A stretch of 50,750 nucleotides of DNA, taken from Planctomycetota bacterium (lineage in GTDB: Bacteria; Planctomycetota; Planctomycetia; Pirellulales; Thermoguttaceae). Each line of letters begins with the position of its first letter. Within the stretch, counting starts at the first letter, position 1. Position numbers and translations under genes: made by a program. The stretch lies in assembly GCA_021784975.1 (NCBI GenBank), contig JAJYGU010000390.1:1-50750 (forward strand), read 5' to 3'. Positions 8,382 through 17,117 of this stretch are shown piece by piece. Under the pieces are notes generated by a model. That model worked only from the letters and a program-made list of their open reading frames with translations, ran no database searches and had not been told where the DNA came from.

Positions 8382-10730
8382 TTACTTGATGGGCCGCAGG
8401 GGGCTTTGGCTGAGAACGAACCGTTTGCGGCCGGTTGGGGGGCCGAAGTCGACGGTGGCCTTGCGGGCTTGTCCGGCGCCGCTGAGGGCCGCTACGCGGC
8501 CCAGGCCGAGCGTCGGATGGCGGACCAACATGCCTTGCCGAAAGGCGTTGGGGTCGGTCGGCGGCGCGGCCGCGCCGCCGTTGGCCAACTCGGCCGCCGT
8601 GGTCAGCCGGAAAGAGGGCGGGGTTGGCGCCGCCTGCTTGGCCACCGCCGAACCGCTATGGGCGATGCCGATTTGTAAACCAGTTGGCCCGTTGAAATCC
8701 GGACCGGGAAGTTGAGAACTCATCGGCGATGCCAGCGTGGCCGCTTCTTCGGGCCGCACTTGGCTGAAAGGATCGCTGGCATAGACCTGGCCAACTACCT
8801 GCTCGCCGCCGGCATAGCTCACGTCCATTTCGTGGCGCGGCAGTTCCATCAGAAACGAGCTGGGGATGGCGTTGGTCCGCTGCCCGCGATAGTCGCGATG
8901 GATGGCGTGGCTGATTTGCAGCTCCTGCTGGGCGCGGGTAATGCCGACGAACATCAGCCGGCGTTCCTCTTCGAGCTGCTCGGGATGCTGGCGGCTGCGT
9001 TCGTGCGGAAGCAGGCCCTCTTCCACGGCGGCGAGATAGACGACCGGGAACTCCAGACCTTTCGAGGCGTGCAGAGTCATCAGGGTCACGCGGTCGGCAT
9101 TGACCTCCCAGGCGTCGGTGTCATTGATCAGACAGGTCTCCTCCAAAAAGGCCTCCAGTTGGCCGGCGCCGCCGCTGCGCTCGTCGAACTCGCGGGCGAC
9201 AGTGAGCAGCTCTTCGATGTTCGCCAGCCGCTCCTGGTCTTCCTCGTTGTCCGACTGGCGGAGCATCTCGTGATAGCCGCTTTCGCTCAACACGAAACCC
9301 AGCGTTTCCTCCATCGGGCCGCCCAGCGAGGCCACCAGCCGATCGAACAAGTCGACGAACTGCCGCAATTTGGCAGCGATCCGCGGGCTGATTCCCTCAA
9401 TTTCGCCTGCCTGGCGGGCCGCATCCAGCATCGTCCGGCCGCGCCGGGCGGCGTAGTCGGAGAGCCGGCCGACGGTGGTCTTGCCGATGCCGCGGGGCGG
9501 GGTGTTGATGACCCGCAGCAGGGCGACCTCGTCGTGCGGATTGTTCAGCAGGTGCAGATAGGCCAAAACGTCCTTGATTTCCTTGCGTTGGAAGAACTCC
9601 AGGCCGTTGACCATCTGGTAGGGCACGCCGAACTCGCGCAAGGCGAACTCGAAGGCCCGGCTCAAGGCGTTGACGCGATAGAAGACGGCGAAATCGCTGG
9701 GGCGGCGGCGGCCCGAGCGGATGGCGGCGGCGATCTGGGCGGCGATGCCGTTGGCCTCGTCGTGCTGGGTGGCGTAGGTGGCCAGCCGCACCGGCTCGCC
9801 CAGCCCGTTCTCGGTAAACAGGCCTTTTTCCTTGCGGCGGAGGTTGTAGCCGATCAGTTCCGAGGCCACCCGCAGGATGCGCTGGGTGCTGCGGTAGTTG
9901 CGCTCCAGCCGCACCACCCGGACCTCGGGAAAATCCCGCTCGAACTCCAAAATGTTGTTCAGATTCGCTCCCCGCCAGCCGTAGATCGACTGGTCGGGGT
10001 CGCCGGTGACGGCCAGGTTCGGGCAATCGATCGAAAGTGCGCGGGCAATGGCGTACTGGGCCAGGTTGGTGTCCTGATATTCATCGACCAGGATGAAGCG
10101 ATAGCGCTGGTCAAGGGCCGCGCGGACCTCGGGGTTTTCACGCAGCAGAGTGGCCACGTGCAGCAGCAGATCGTCGAAATCGGCGGCGTTCGAGGCGAGA
10201 AGCTGCGATTGATACTGCGGATAGACCTGCTGGACGGCCAATCCGATCGCGCTGCCGGGCCGAGGCTGATAATCGGCGGGCGAGATCAGGTTGTTCTTGG
10301 CCCAGCTTATGGCTTTGGCCAGCGTGTCCGGGGTGAATCGCTCGCTGTCGAGCCTTGCATGAGAGATGGCCCGGCGGAGGGCCTGGGCGCTGTCGGCCAC
10401 GTCGTAGATCGTGTAGTTTTCCTGAAGCCCGACCAGCGGCGCGTACTTCCGCAACAATCGTGCGCAGAAACGGTGGAACGTCCCGACCCACACACCGGAG
10501 GGTTCGGCCAGTTCCTCGATCCGACGAGCCATTTCGTCGGCGGCCTTGTTGGTGAACGTCAGAGCGAGGACCTGATGGCCCGGTATGCCGTTGGCCAGTA
10601 GCCAGGCGACGCGATGCGTTACCACGCGGGTCTTGCCGCTGCCGGGGCCGGCGAGGATCAGCAGCGGCCCCTCGATATGGGTGACCGCCTCGCGCTGGGC
10701 ATCGGTGAGTCCGTTCAAGAGCTGTTCCAA
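8382..10730 (-). CDS. UvrD/PcrA/Rep-family ATP-dependent DNA helicase
   Basis: Walker A AGPGSGKT, motif II ILVDEYQDTN, and further superfamily 1A motifs. The open frame runs up to 10994, but that stretch crosses a palindromic repeat. I prefer TTG at 10730 (GAAGGA 6 nt upstream, TATACT box at 10784-10789). ATG at 10865 is an alternative. Confidence 0.9.
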   Translation of the reverse strand: MEQLLNGLTDAQREAVTHIEGPLLILAGPGSGKTRVVTHRVAWLLANGIPGHQVLALTFTNKAADEMARRIEELAEPSGVWVGTFHRFCARLLRKYAPLVGLQENYTIYDVADSAQALRRAISHARLDSERFTPDTLAKAISWAKNNLISPADYQPRPGSAIGLAVQQVYPQYQSQLLASNAADFDDLLLHVATLLRENPEVRAALDQRYRFILVDEYQDTNLAQYAIARALSIDCPNLAVTGDPDQSIYGWRGANLNNILEFERDFPEVRVVRLERNYRSTQRILRVASELIGYNLRRKEKGLFTENGLGEPVRLATYATQHDEANGIAAQIAAAIRSGRRRPSDFAVFYRVNALSRAFEFALREFGVPYQMVNGLEFFQRKEIKDVLAYLHLLNNPHDEVALLRVINTPPRGIGKTTVGRLSDYAARRGRTMLDAARQAGEIEGISPRIAAKLRQFVDLFDRLVASLGGPMEETLGFVLSESGYHEMLRQSDNEEDQERLANIEELLTVAREFDERSGGAGQLEAFLEETCLINDTDAWEVNADRVTLMTLHASKGLEFPVVYLAAVEEGLLPHERSRQHPEQLEEERRLMFVGITRAQQELQISHAIHRDYRGQRTNAIPSSFLMELPRHEMDVSYAGGEQVVGQVYASDPFSQVRPEEAATLASPMSSQLPGPDFNGPTGLQIGIAHSGSAVAKQAAPTPPSFRLTTAAELANGGAAAPPTDPNAFRQGMLVRHPTLGLGRVAALSGAGQARKATVDFGPPTGRKRFVLSQSPLRPIK

Positions 10731-10851
10731 TGGTAGTCCTTCGATCTGATTGCACCGGGGCGGGTGAGTCCAACTAGTGTAACAGTATATGGGATTTGGG
10801 GCGGCGGGCGAGAGACGGGGCGCGAGGTCGGAGGGGGGAGGCTGGTCCAAG

Positions 10852-10903
10852 GGGGACCGTCCCATTCTTGTGGCGTCCTGCCACAAAAATCGGGACAGTC
10901 CCC
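10852..10903. repeat. Palindromic double-GGGACNGTCCC element, copy 1 (intergenic, in a divergent promoter region)
   Basis: ggggaccgtcccattcttgtggc-gtcct-gccacaaaaatcgggacagtcccc, with 11-bp palindromic boxes at 10853-10863 and 10892-10902. Confidence 0.85.
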
Positions 10904-10976
10904 GCCCCCTACTCACCATTATTTGAATTGTGTTATACTGACTCGTTAGTGTTCGGACCGTTTCTGAAAGGGCAAG

Positions 10977-11306
10977 ATGGTCCGTCGATCTCACCCCCTA
11001 GCTGGGAGGGAACCCATGGGCACGCGGATTCCGCTTCAGACTACCGATGCCAAGGCGAAAGAGCTGGCCGACAAGCTGGAAATGAGCACCGCCGAGATTG
11101 GTCTTTCCGTCCGGACGACCAATTGTCTGGAAGAGCGAGGGATTTTCACGGTCGACGACCTGCTGCACTGTACCCGCGAAGAGTTGCTGAGCATCTCCAA
11201 CTTCGGCGAAAAGACGTTGGAAGAGGTCTACAAATCGCTGGAAGGCATCGGCTTCCATCGTCGAGCGGGGAGCGAGTCGAGCGGCCCTCCCCCGCAACCT
11301 CGCTGA
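10977..11306 (+). CDS. Standalone RNA polymerase alpha-subunit C-terminal-domain (alpha-CTD, HhH) protein
   Basis: LSVRTTNCLEERGIFTVDDLLHCTREELLSISNFGEKTLEEVYKSL matches the RpoA CTD helix-hairpin-helix signature. The alternative ATG at 11016 has a better GGGAGGG site. Confidence 0.8.
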   Translation: MVRRSHPLAGREPMGTRIPLQTTDAKAKELADKLEMSTAEIGLSVRTTNCLEERGIFTVDDLLHCTREELLSISNFGEKTLEEVYKSLEGIGFHRRAGSESSGPPPQPR

Positions 11307-11336
11307 GGCGGCCGCGTTGTAGCGGAGCAATCCACT

Positions 11337-12647
11337 TTGGCCCGCAGTTTCCGCTATTACGAAAAGAAGCGCGGCCATCGGCGGACCGGCTCGCCGGCCC
11401 TGGCCAGCGCCGGGGAGACGGCCTTTTTCGCCGCCCTGTTGACTCTGGGGTGCGGCGGGCTGATCGTGCTGTTTGTCACGCTGGTCGTGCCCCAATGGCG
11501 GGTGAACGTGGAGTTCGTCCAACAGGCGTGCAAGGTCCGCGACAAGGAAATCAAAGAAGCCCGCGACAAAGACGGCCTCCACTTTGCGCCCAAGATCAAG
11601 ATCGAGTACGAAGTGGGCGGCGAGACCAACCGGGCTTGGACCTATGATATCCAAAACACCGCCTTCAGCCGCCGCGAGGACGCCCAAGCGGTTCTCGATC
11701 AATTTGACCTCTACGACAAGGTCAAAGACAACCTTTATCCTTGCTGGTACAATCCGGCCAATCCCGGCGAGGCGGTCCTGATCCGCGGTTACCGCTTGTG
11801 GATTTGGCTGGTGTTCACTGTGCCCATCGCCTTTGTGCTGATCGGGGCCGGCGGGCTGATCTACGCCTGGTTGCACTGGGGCAAATCGGCCGAGCGGCAA
11901 GCGGCGTCGGCCCAACGCGGGCAGCAGCGCGATCGGTTCGCCGCCGTGGACGGCGACGACCGCCGATATCCGTTTGTTCCCCAAGGGGCCGACGTGACCA
12001 ATAGTCCGGGCACGCGGCTCCGCTTTCGCCTGCCAGCCGCGCGGCCGGCAGGTTGGCGGCTGTTCGGGGCCACCGTCTTCTGCCTGGTTTGGAACGCCTG
12101 CGTGGCGGTGGCGATGGTGTTGGCGGCCCGCGGCTTTCTCGCCGGCAGGCCGGACTGGATCTTCACCATCCTCATCCTGCCCTTTCTGCTGATTGGCGCC
12201 GGGGCCCTCGTCTTGCTGATTCGAGGGGCGCTGATTGCTACCGGCATCGGCCCCACCCTGGTCGAGATCTCCGCTCATCCGCTGCGCCCCGGCGGGCAGT
12301 ATCGCCTGTTTGTCTCACAGGCGGGGGCATTGCGAATGAACCTGCTCCGGGCCTCGCTGGTGTGCGAGGAGTCGGCCGCCTATCGACAAGGGACCAACAC
12401 CCGTACCGAAACCCAAGAAGTCTACCGGCAAGAACTGCTCCGCCGCGAGGCCTTTCGGATCCAGCGGGGGCGGCCGTTCGAGACCGAGTTCGAGTTGCGC
12501 GTGCCCGACCACGCCATGCACTCCTTCGTGGCCGAACACAACCAGGTCGGCTGGCGACTGGTGGTCGAGGGCGAGGCGGCCGATTGGCCCAGCTTCTCTC
12601 GTGCCTTTACGGTGATCGTCCAGCCGGGAAACGGGGAGGCCGACTGA
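11337..12647 (+). CDS. DUF3592-like multi-pass membrane protein with a C-terminal arrestin-like beta-sandwich module
   Basis: TTG is the first start codon after the in-frame stop at 11304-11306. One TM segment, then a beta-rich extracytoplasmic domain, then several TM segments. The C-terminal module carries HPLRPGGQY...FELRVPDHAMHSF...VGWRLVV. Confidence 0.7.
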   Translation: MARSFRYYEKKRGHRRTGSPALASAGETAFFAALLTLGCGGLIVLFVTLVVPQWRVNVEFVQQACKVRDKEIKEARDKDGLHFAPKIKIEYEVGGETNRAWTYDIQNTAFSRREDAQAVLDQFDLYDKVKDNLYPCWYNPANPGEAVLIRGYRLWIWLVFTVPIAFVLIGAGGLIYAWLHWGKSAERQAASAQRGQQRDRFAAVDGDDRRYPFVPQGADVTNSPGTRLRFRLPAARPAGWRLFGATVFCLVWNACVAVAMVLAARGFLAGRPDWIFTILILPFLLIGAGALVLLIRGALIATGIGPTLVEISAHPLRPGGQYRLFVSQAGALRMNLLRASLVCEESAAYRQGTNTRTETQEVYRQELLRREAFRIQRGRPFETEFELRVPDHAMHSFVAEHNQVGWRLVVEGEAADWPSFSRAFTVIVQPGNGEAD

Positions 12648-13057
12648 TGGGCGCGGAGCCGGCAATCATTATTCGGCTGGAAGGCAATGGCCGGGTGTAT
12701 CGGCCGGGCGAGTCGCTCTGCGGCGAATATTGGATCCAATCGCTGCCGGGCGACCAACTCAAGGCGATCGAAGCTTCGGTGCTCTGGTACACCGAAGGCA
12801 AGGGCGACGAGGACATGGCGGTGCAGGAGTTCTGGCGGCGGGACTTCGACGCGGAATGCTCCCTCGACCCCAGCCGCCCGGAGCCTTTTGGGGTCCGATT
12901 GCCCGGCAGCCCCTTGAGCTATGAAGGACGGATTGTCAAGATCCGTTGGTGCGTGCGGGTGCGGGTGTTTCTGCAGCGCGGCAAGGAGCTGCTTGGTCAA
13001 AAGGTATTTCAACTGGGCGACGTGCCCAGCCCGCAAGCCGGAGGTCTGTCCGGATGA
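12647..13057 (+). CDS. Small arrestin-N-like beta-sandwich protein
   Basis: Its ATG overlaps the upstream TGA (ATGA at 12645-12649). The motifs YRPGESL...FGVRLPGSPLSYEG...IRWCVRV parallel the C-terminal module of the preceding protein. Confidence 0.6.
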   Translation: MGAEPAIIIRLEGNGRVYRPGESLCGEYWIQSLPGDQLKAIEASVLWYTEGKGDEDMAVQEFWRRDFDAECSLDPSRPEPFGVRLPGSPLSYEGRIVKIRWCVRVRVFLQRGKELLGQKVFQLGDVPSPQAGGLSG

Positions 13058-13695
13058 GTGGATCGCTCTCTTGCACCGCCGAGGAGAACCCTTTTTGCTC
13101 GCGGCGCATTCGCCCGGGGGCGATGCCTTATCTGTTCCCGCCTGGCCAGTCCGCCCAAGACCTGGTTGCAGTCTTGCGGCGGGCGGATTGGTGGGGAGAG
13201 ATCATCGGTCCGCATGGTTCGGGCAAGTCGGCGCTGCTGGCCGCGTGCACGGCGGTCCTCGATCAAGCCGGCCGGCCGACACGGTTGGTGGCGCTCCACG
13301 ACGGCCAACGCAGATTGCCGCCGGGACTGACCGACGATCGGCAGCTAGCGCCGTCCACCGTGGTAATGGTTGACGGCTATGAGCAACTGAGTTGGTGGAG
13401 CCGCTGGCGGCTGAAGGGCCGCTGCCGGCGGGGCGGGTTGGGGCTGCTGGTGACCGCCCATCGCACCGTGGGCCTGCCGCGGATCGCGCAAACCGCCCCA
13501 AGTCTGGAGTTGGCGGAGCGGATTGTCGCGCAGTTGACGGCCGATCGCCGCCCGCCGGTGGATTCCGGGTCGATCCGCGAGTGCTATGCCCGCCACCGCG
13601 GCAATTTGCGCGAAGTGCTCTTCGATCTTTACGATCTTACCGAGCAGCACCTCAGCCGGACGGAGACTCAGCCCCGAAGGGGCGTCAGTCATTAG
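13054..13695 (+). CDS. P-loop NTPase (small AAA-like protein)
   Basis: ATGA overlap with the upstream stop (13054-13057). Walker A GPHGSGKS; Walker B-like VVMVDGYEQL. Confidence 0.7.
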   Translation: MSGSLSCTAEENPFCSRRIRPGAMPYLFPPGQSAQDLVAVLRRADWWGEIIGPHGSGKSALLAACTAVLDQAGRPTRLVALHDGQRRLPPGLTDDRQLAPSTVVMVDGYEQLSWWSRWRLKGRCRRGGLGLLVTAHRTVGLPRIAQTAPSLELAERIVAQLTADRRPPVDSGSIRECYARHRGNLREVLFDLYDLTEQHLSRTETQPRRGVSH

Positions 13696-13991
13696 GCGAC
13701 CAAGCAAGGCCCGCGGCTTTTCACCCGCCAGCACAGTCCGGTTGGCCGCACGCCGGCAAAAAGTGACCTAGGCTTGAAGTGAAGTGTCGGCGGCCGGACA
13801 TGGTCCGAGAGCGGAGTGTTGGGCTTGACCGGCAGAGTTTGTCTGAGCGGCAAAGACCGCACAATCGGAAAGTGCAACCAACTGTGCGGCCGAGCCGCCC
13901 GATTGCTTGACATTTTTATTCAAGAACGCTCTGATGAACCAAGTGGGGTTTGTCAATCGCCGGAGCGAGAACTCTATCGGGAGCCAGTGCC

Positions 13992-14945
13992 ATGTTACGT
14001 GCTAGCGTGCGAACGAAAATGATCGCGGTGGTGACAACCGCAGCCGTACTCGCCTTGCCCGGAGAAAGCAGGGCTGGCTGCGGTTTGTGTGATTGGCTGT
14101 TCGGCCGGCATTGCGCGGCGCCGACTTGCGCTCCGGCTTATGTGGCCCCGCCGGCGTGCAGCGCGACCGCGTGTTATGCGCCGGCCTGCGCGCCGATCGT
14201 TCCGGCGTGCGGCAGTTGCGCGACCCAAGTCGTCGGCTATCCGCCGGCGTTTGCGTATTCCACCTACCGGCCGATCTTCGGCTATCCGCGACTGGTGCCC
14301 TACACCACCTACCGCATGGCCTACACGCCGATCGTGCCGTACGTCGCCTACAGCCCCTGCCTCGGCGGTTGCGCAACCTGCGCGGCCCCGTGTGCGACGT
14401 GCGCCAGTCCGTGCCTGAGTTGCGCCGCCCCATGTGCAAGCTGCGCGAGCCCGTGTACTTCGTGTGGCAGCTCGTGCACCACGTATATGCCGCCGGCTCC
14501 GATCGCCGCAGTAGCCGCGGCCCCTGCCGTCCCTGCCCCGGTCCCGGTGCCTTCGGGCCCTGCCCCTGCCCCGGCGGCCCAAGCCGCCCCGGCTCTGCCA
14601 CCCGCCAATCCGGCCCCCGGATGTGCTTCGGGCATCGGGCCGGCGACCTACCCCGCCGGGCCGGCCATCGGTGGAACGCCCCCTTCCCCGACACCGGCGC
14701 CCCCGAAGACTTTTCAGGAGAACAAGCCGTCGGATGCGCCACAGCCCGTGCCACTGCCCGCCGATAAGAAGTCGAAGCCGGACGTGAACACCAATCCGAC
14801 CTCGACCGGACCGCGATTGATCGATCCGCAGAGCCGCACTGCCATGCTGCCGCTCCGCGAAGCCGCCCGCATTCAACTCATCGGCGCGGCGATGCAAGCG
14901 GGCACTCCGCCGGAGAATGCCGGCTGGCAGGCGTCCAAGGACTAA
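13992..14945 (+). CDS. Secreted Cys/Pro/Ala-rich low-complexity protein with tandem CxxCxxP heptads
   Basis: ATG at 13992 (the track starts at TTG 13950). Hydrophobic signal segment MIAVVTTAAVLALPGESRA, 30+ Cys, and the run CATCAAPCATCASPCLSCAAPCASCASPCTSCGSSC. Confidence 0.6.
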   Translation: MLRASVRTKMIAVVTTAAVLALPGESRAGCGLCDWLFGRHCAAPTCAPAYVAPPACSATACYAPACAPIVPACGSCATQVVGYPPAFAYSTYRPIFGYPRLVPYTTYRMAYTPIVPYVAYSPCLGGCATCAAPCATCASPCLSCAAPCASCASPCTSCGSSCTTYMPPAPIAAVAAAPAVPAPVPVPSGPAPAPAAQAAPALPPANPAPGCASGIGPATYPAGPAIGGTPPSPTPAPPKTFQENKPSDAPQPVPLPADKKSKPDVNTNPTSTGPRLIDPQSRTAMLPLREAARIQLIGAAMQAGTPPENAGWQASKD

Positions 14946-15937
14946 TGCCGGCTAACCTCACTCCTCAATACCTGAAGGCCGAAGAGGATTACCGCCGGGC
15001 AGCTACGCCGGAAGAAGAGATCGCCTGCCTTCAGGTGATGTTGAAGGAAATCCCCAAGCACAAGGGGACCGATCACCTCCAGGCGGATCTGAAAGCGAAG
15101 CTGGCCAAGCTTCGCAAGGAACTGACGGCCGAGAAGGCCGGCGGGAAGAAAAGCCGCGGGCTGCGGATTCCGCGGCAGGGCGCGGGCACGGCCATTCTGC
15201 TGGGCGGCCCGAACACCGGCAAGAGCCAACTGGTGGCCAAGCTCACTCGTGCGACCCCAGAGGTGGCGCCCTACCCATTTACCACCAAGGTGCCGGCGCC
15301 GGCGATGATGCCCTGGGAGGACGTGAGCGTGCAGTTGATCGATACGCCGCCGGTCACCACCGACTACCTCGACCCGCATCTGCACAATTTGATCCGCGCC
15401 GCCGATCTTGCCTTGTTGACGGTCGACCTCGAAAATGACAATGGAATCGAAGACTGCCAGGACGTGCTCGACCGGCTGGCGCAGACCAAGACCCGGCTGG
15501 CGTCGAAATCGTATCTCGCTGAGGAAGACGTGGGGCTGTCGTACACGCAAACCTTCGTGGTACCGAACAAGATCGACGCCCCCGGGGCGGCCGAGCGGCT
15601 CGATTTGTTCCACGAGCTCTGCCGGCTGGATTTCCCGGAATATGTGGTCTCGGCCCAACACGGCACGGGGCTGGAGGTGTTGCGCGAGGCAACCTACCGG
15701 TCGCTCGACGTGGTGCGGGTCTACTCGAAGCTTCCGGCCGCTAAGGAGCCCGACCGGGACCGCCCCTTCACCTTGCGCCGCGGTTCCACCTTGCTGGAAC
15801 TGGCCGGCCTGGTACACAAGGATTTTGTCGAGGGACTGAAGTTCGCGCGGGTATGGGGCTCGGCAGTCCACGACGGGACGCAAGTCAAAGGCGACTATGT
15901 GTTGCACGACCGGGATGTGGTGGAATTGCATATGTGA
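14945..15937 (+). CDS. OBG/DRG-family GTP-binding protein with C-terminal TGS domain
   Basis: G1 GGPNTGKS, G3 DTPP, G4 NKID, and a C-terminal TGS-like segment (RVYSK...GSTLLELAGLVHKDF). Its ATG overlaps the upstream TAA (TAATG). Confidence 0.9.
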   Translation: MPANLTPQYLKAEEDYRRAATPEEEIACLQVMLKEIPKHKGTDHLQADLKAKLAKLRKELTAEKAGGKKSRGLRIPRQGAGTAILLGGPNTGKSQLVAKLTRATPEVAPYPFTTKVPAPAMMPWEDVSVQLIDTPPVTTDYLDPHLHNLIRAADLALLTVDLENDNGIEDCQDVLDRLAQTKTRLASKSYLAEEDVGLSYTQTFVVPNKIDAPGAAERLDLFHELCRLDFPEYVVSAQHGTGLEVLREATYRSLDVVRVYSKLPAAKEPDRDRPFTLRRGSTLLELAGLVHKDFVEGLKFARVWGSAVHDGTQVKGDYVLHDRDVVELHM

Positions 15938-16067
15938 GCTGCGGAGTTGTGGTAGCGTTGCGACGGTGGGATCGCTGTTCGATTTCGCGCGGGTGCCGTA
16001 TAATCCTGGTTGACTAGAGAGCGCTAGGCGAAGTGTTTCCCTAACCGCTTTGGTGGTGAGGTGATTA

Positions 16068-16520
16068 ATGGCTCAAGATCAGTTGCGAGCGTTCCTTCAG
16101 GAGAAAAAGCAAAAGGCGAATCCTGCCAACATCGACTGGGGCGCCAAGCGTGACGCTTGGATCAAGGCCGTCAACGATCTGTATCGGACAATCGAAGAAG
16201 ACTATCTGAAGGATGCCAAACACGATGTGGAACTCACCCGCCAGGACACGACCGTGCGGGAATTCTTCATCGGTGTCTACCAAGTTCCGGAACTCTTTCT
16301 CCGCGTTGGCGACGAAGAGGTAATCTTCTCGCCTCAGGGCGCAAACATCGTCGGCGCCCTGGGGAGAATTGATGTTACGGGACTGGGTGGGCTCGCCACG
16401 ATCGTCTGGCAAGGTGGCAATCACTGGAGCGTTGTCGTGTCGCGGACGCCTTCGCTCGAGCTGGTTGAGTTAACGGCCGACACCTTGACAGACGTTCTAA
16501 AGCAAGTCATGCGGCCATGA
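16068..16520 (+). CDS. Hypothetical protein (first gene of the low-GC cassette)
   Basis: 150-aa ORF with ATG start. I recognise no motif. The G+C content is visibly lower than in the flanking genes. Confidence 0.6.
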   Translation: MAQDQLRAFLQEKKQKANPANIDWGAKRDAWIKAVNDLYRTIEEDYLKDAKHDVELTRQDTTVREFFIGVYQVPELFLRVGDEEVIFSPQGANIVGALGRIDVTGLGGLATIVWQGGNHWSVVVSRTPSLELVELTADTLTDVLKQVMRP

Positions 16521-17092
16521 GCCGGCGATTGCGATTGAGCACCCTCTCCAACGAAGAGGAAAGCCTCTCCGAACTGTGGGAGTGGCGCGAGCTTCAGCCC
16601 GCCCTGATCAACGCGGAAAGGGCCCGCTTATTTGCTGCCCTCGAGAGGGGTGAAAGTCTTGCGGAACCGCGTTATTTCGCGAAGACCAAGGAGGAACTTG
16701 ATTCGAACTTCGCTTTCCAGAGCACCGAGACAGATTTGTTGAGCATGCTCGGGATGTTTGCGTGCGTGGAAGCATCGTTGCGGGTTGATTTTGTCAAACG
16801 AATCACTTACCGACGAAAGGACGATGTGTCTCGCAAATTCCGGGCGGCCGACAAGGCCCGGGCAAAACAGATCCGCCTTGAGGAGGACGTTCTCGACGTA
16901 TGGCAAGCACAGCCGATAGCCGGAATCTACAGGGCCGTTTCCGACTTTAAGGGCGCCCTCAAACTCCGACATTGGTTGGCACAGGGGCGCTACTGGAATG
17001 CCAAACTCGGCCGCGCTTCCGGATACAACGCGCTGGATGTCTTCGAGATTTGCAATAGACTGTTGTGTTCAGTTGCCGCGTACGCGGGGTAA
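16517..17092 (+). CDS. Hypothetical protein (second gene of the low-GC cassette), with a weak HEPN-like C-terminal motif
   Basis: ATGA overlap with the upstream gene (16517-16520). The helical protein ends with FKGALKLRHWLAQGRYW, which resembles the RxxxxH(G) HEPN signature with Q in place of H. Confidence 0.6.
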   Translation: MSRRLRLSTLSNEEESLSELWEWRELQPALINAERARLFAALERGESLAEPRYFAKTKEELDSNFAFQSTETDLLSMLGMFACVEASLRVDFVKRITYRRKDDVSRKFRAADKARAKQIRLEEDVLDVWQAQPIAGIYRAVSDFKGALKLRHWLAQGRYWNAKLGRASGYNALDVFEICNRLLCSVAAYAG

Positions 17093-17117
17093 CCGCTGGT
17101 CCTTCCGATCCTGACCA

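Noticed and set aside
10923-10939. A sigma70-type promoter (TTGAAT ... TATACT) upstream of the alpha-CTD gene.
   Set aside because: The two hexamers are only 5 nt apart, not about 17. Only an extended -10 (TGTTATACT, 10931-10939) remains plausible, and planctomycete promoter consensus is poorly known.
10731-10994. An 870-aa helicase starting at 10994.
   Set aside because: The extra N-terminal region has no helicase similarity and runs through element copy 1 and a candidate -10 box. A start near 10730 (or 10865) is more credible.
16517-17092. A confident HEPN nuclease / toxin call for the second cassette gene.
   Set aside because: The call rests on one short motif, and the canonical His is replaced by Gln. 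Without a profile or structure search this stays a hypothesis, so I reported it only as a low-confidence note.
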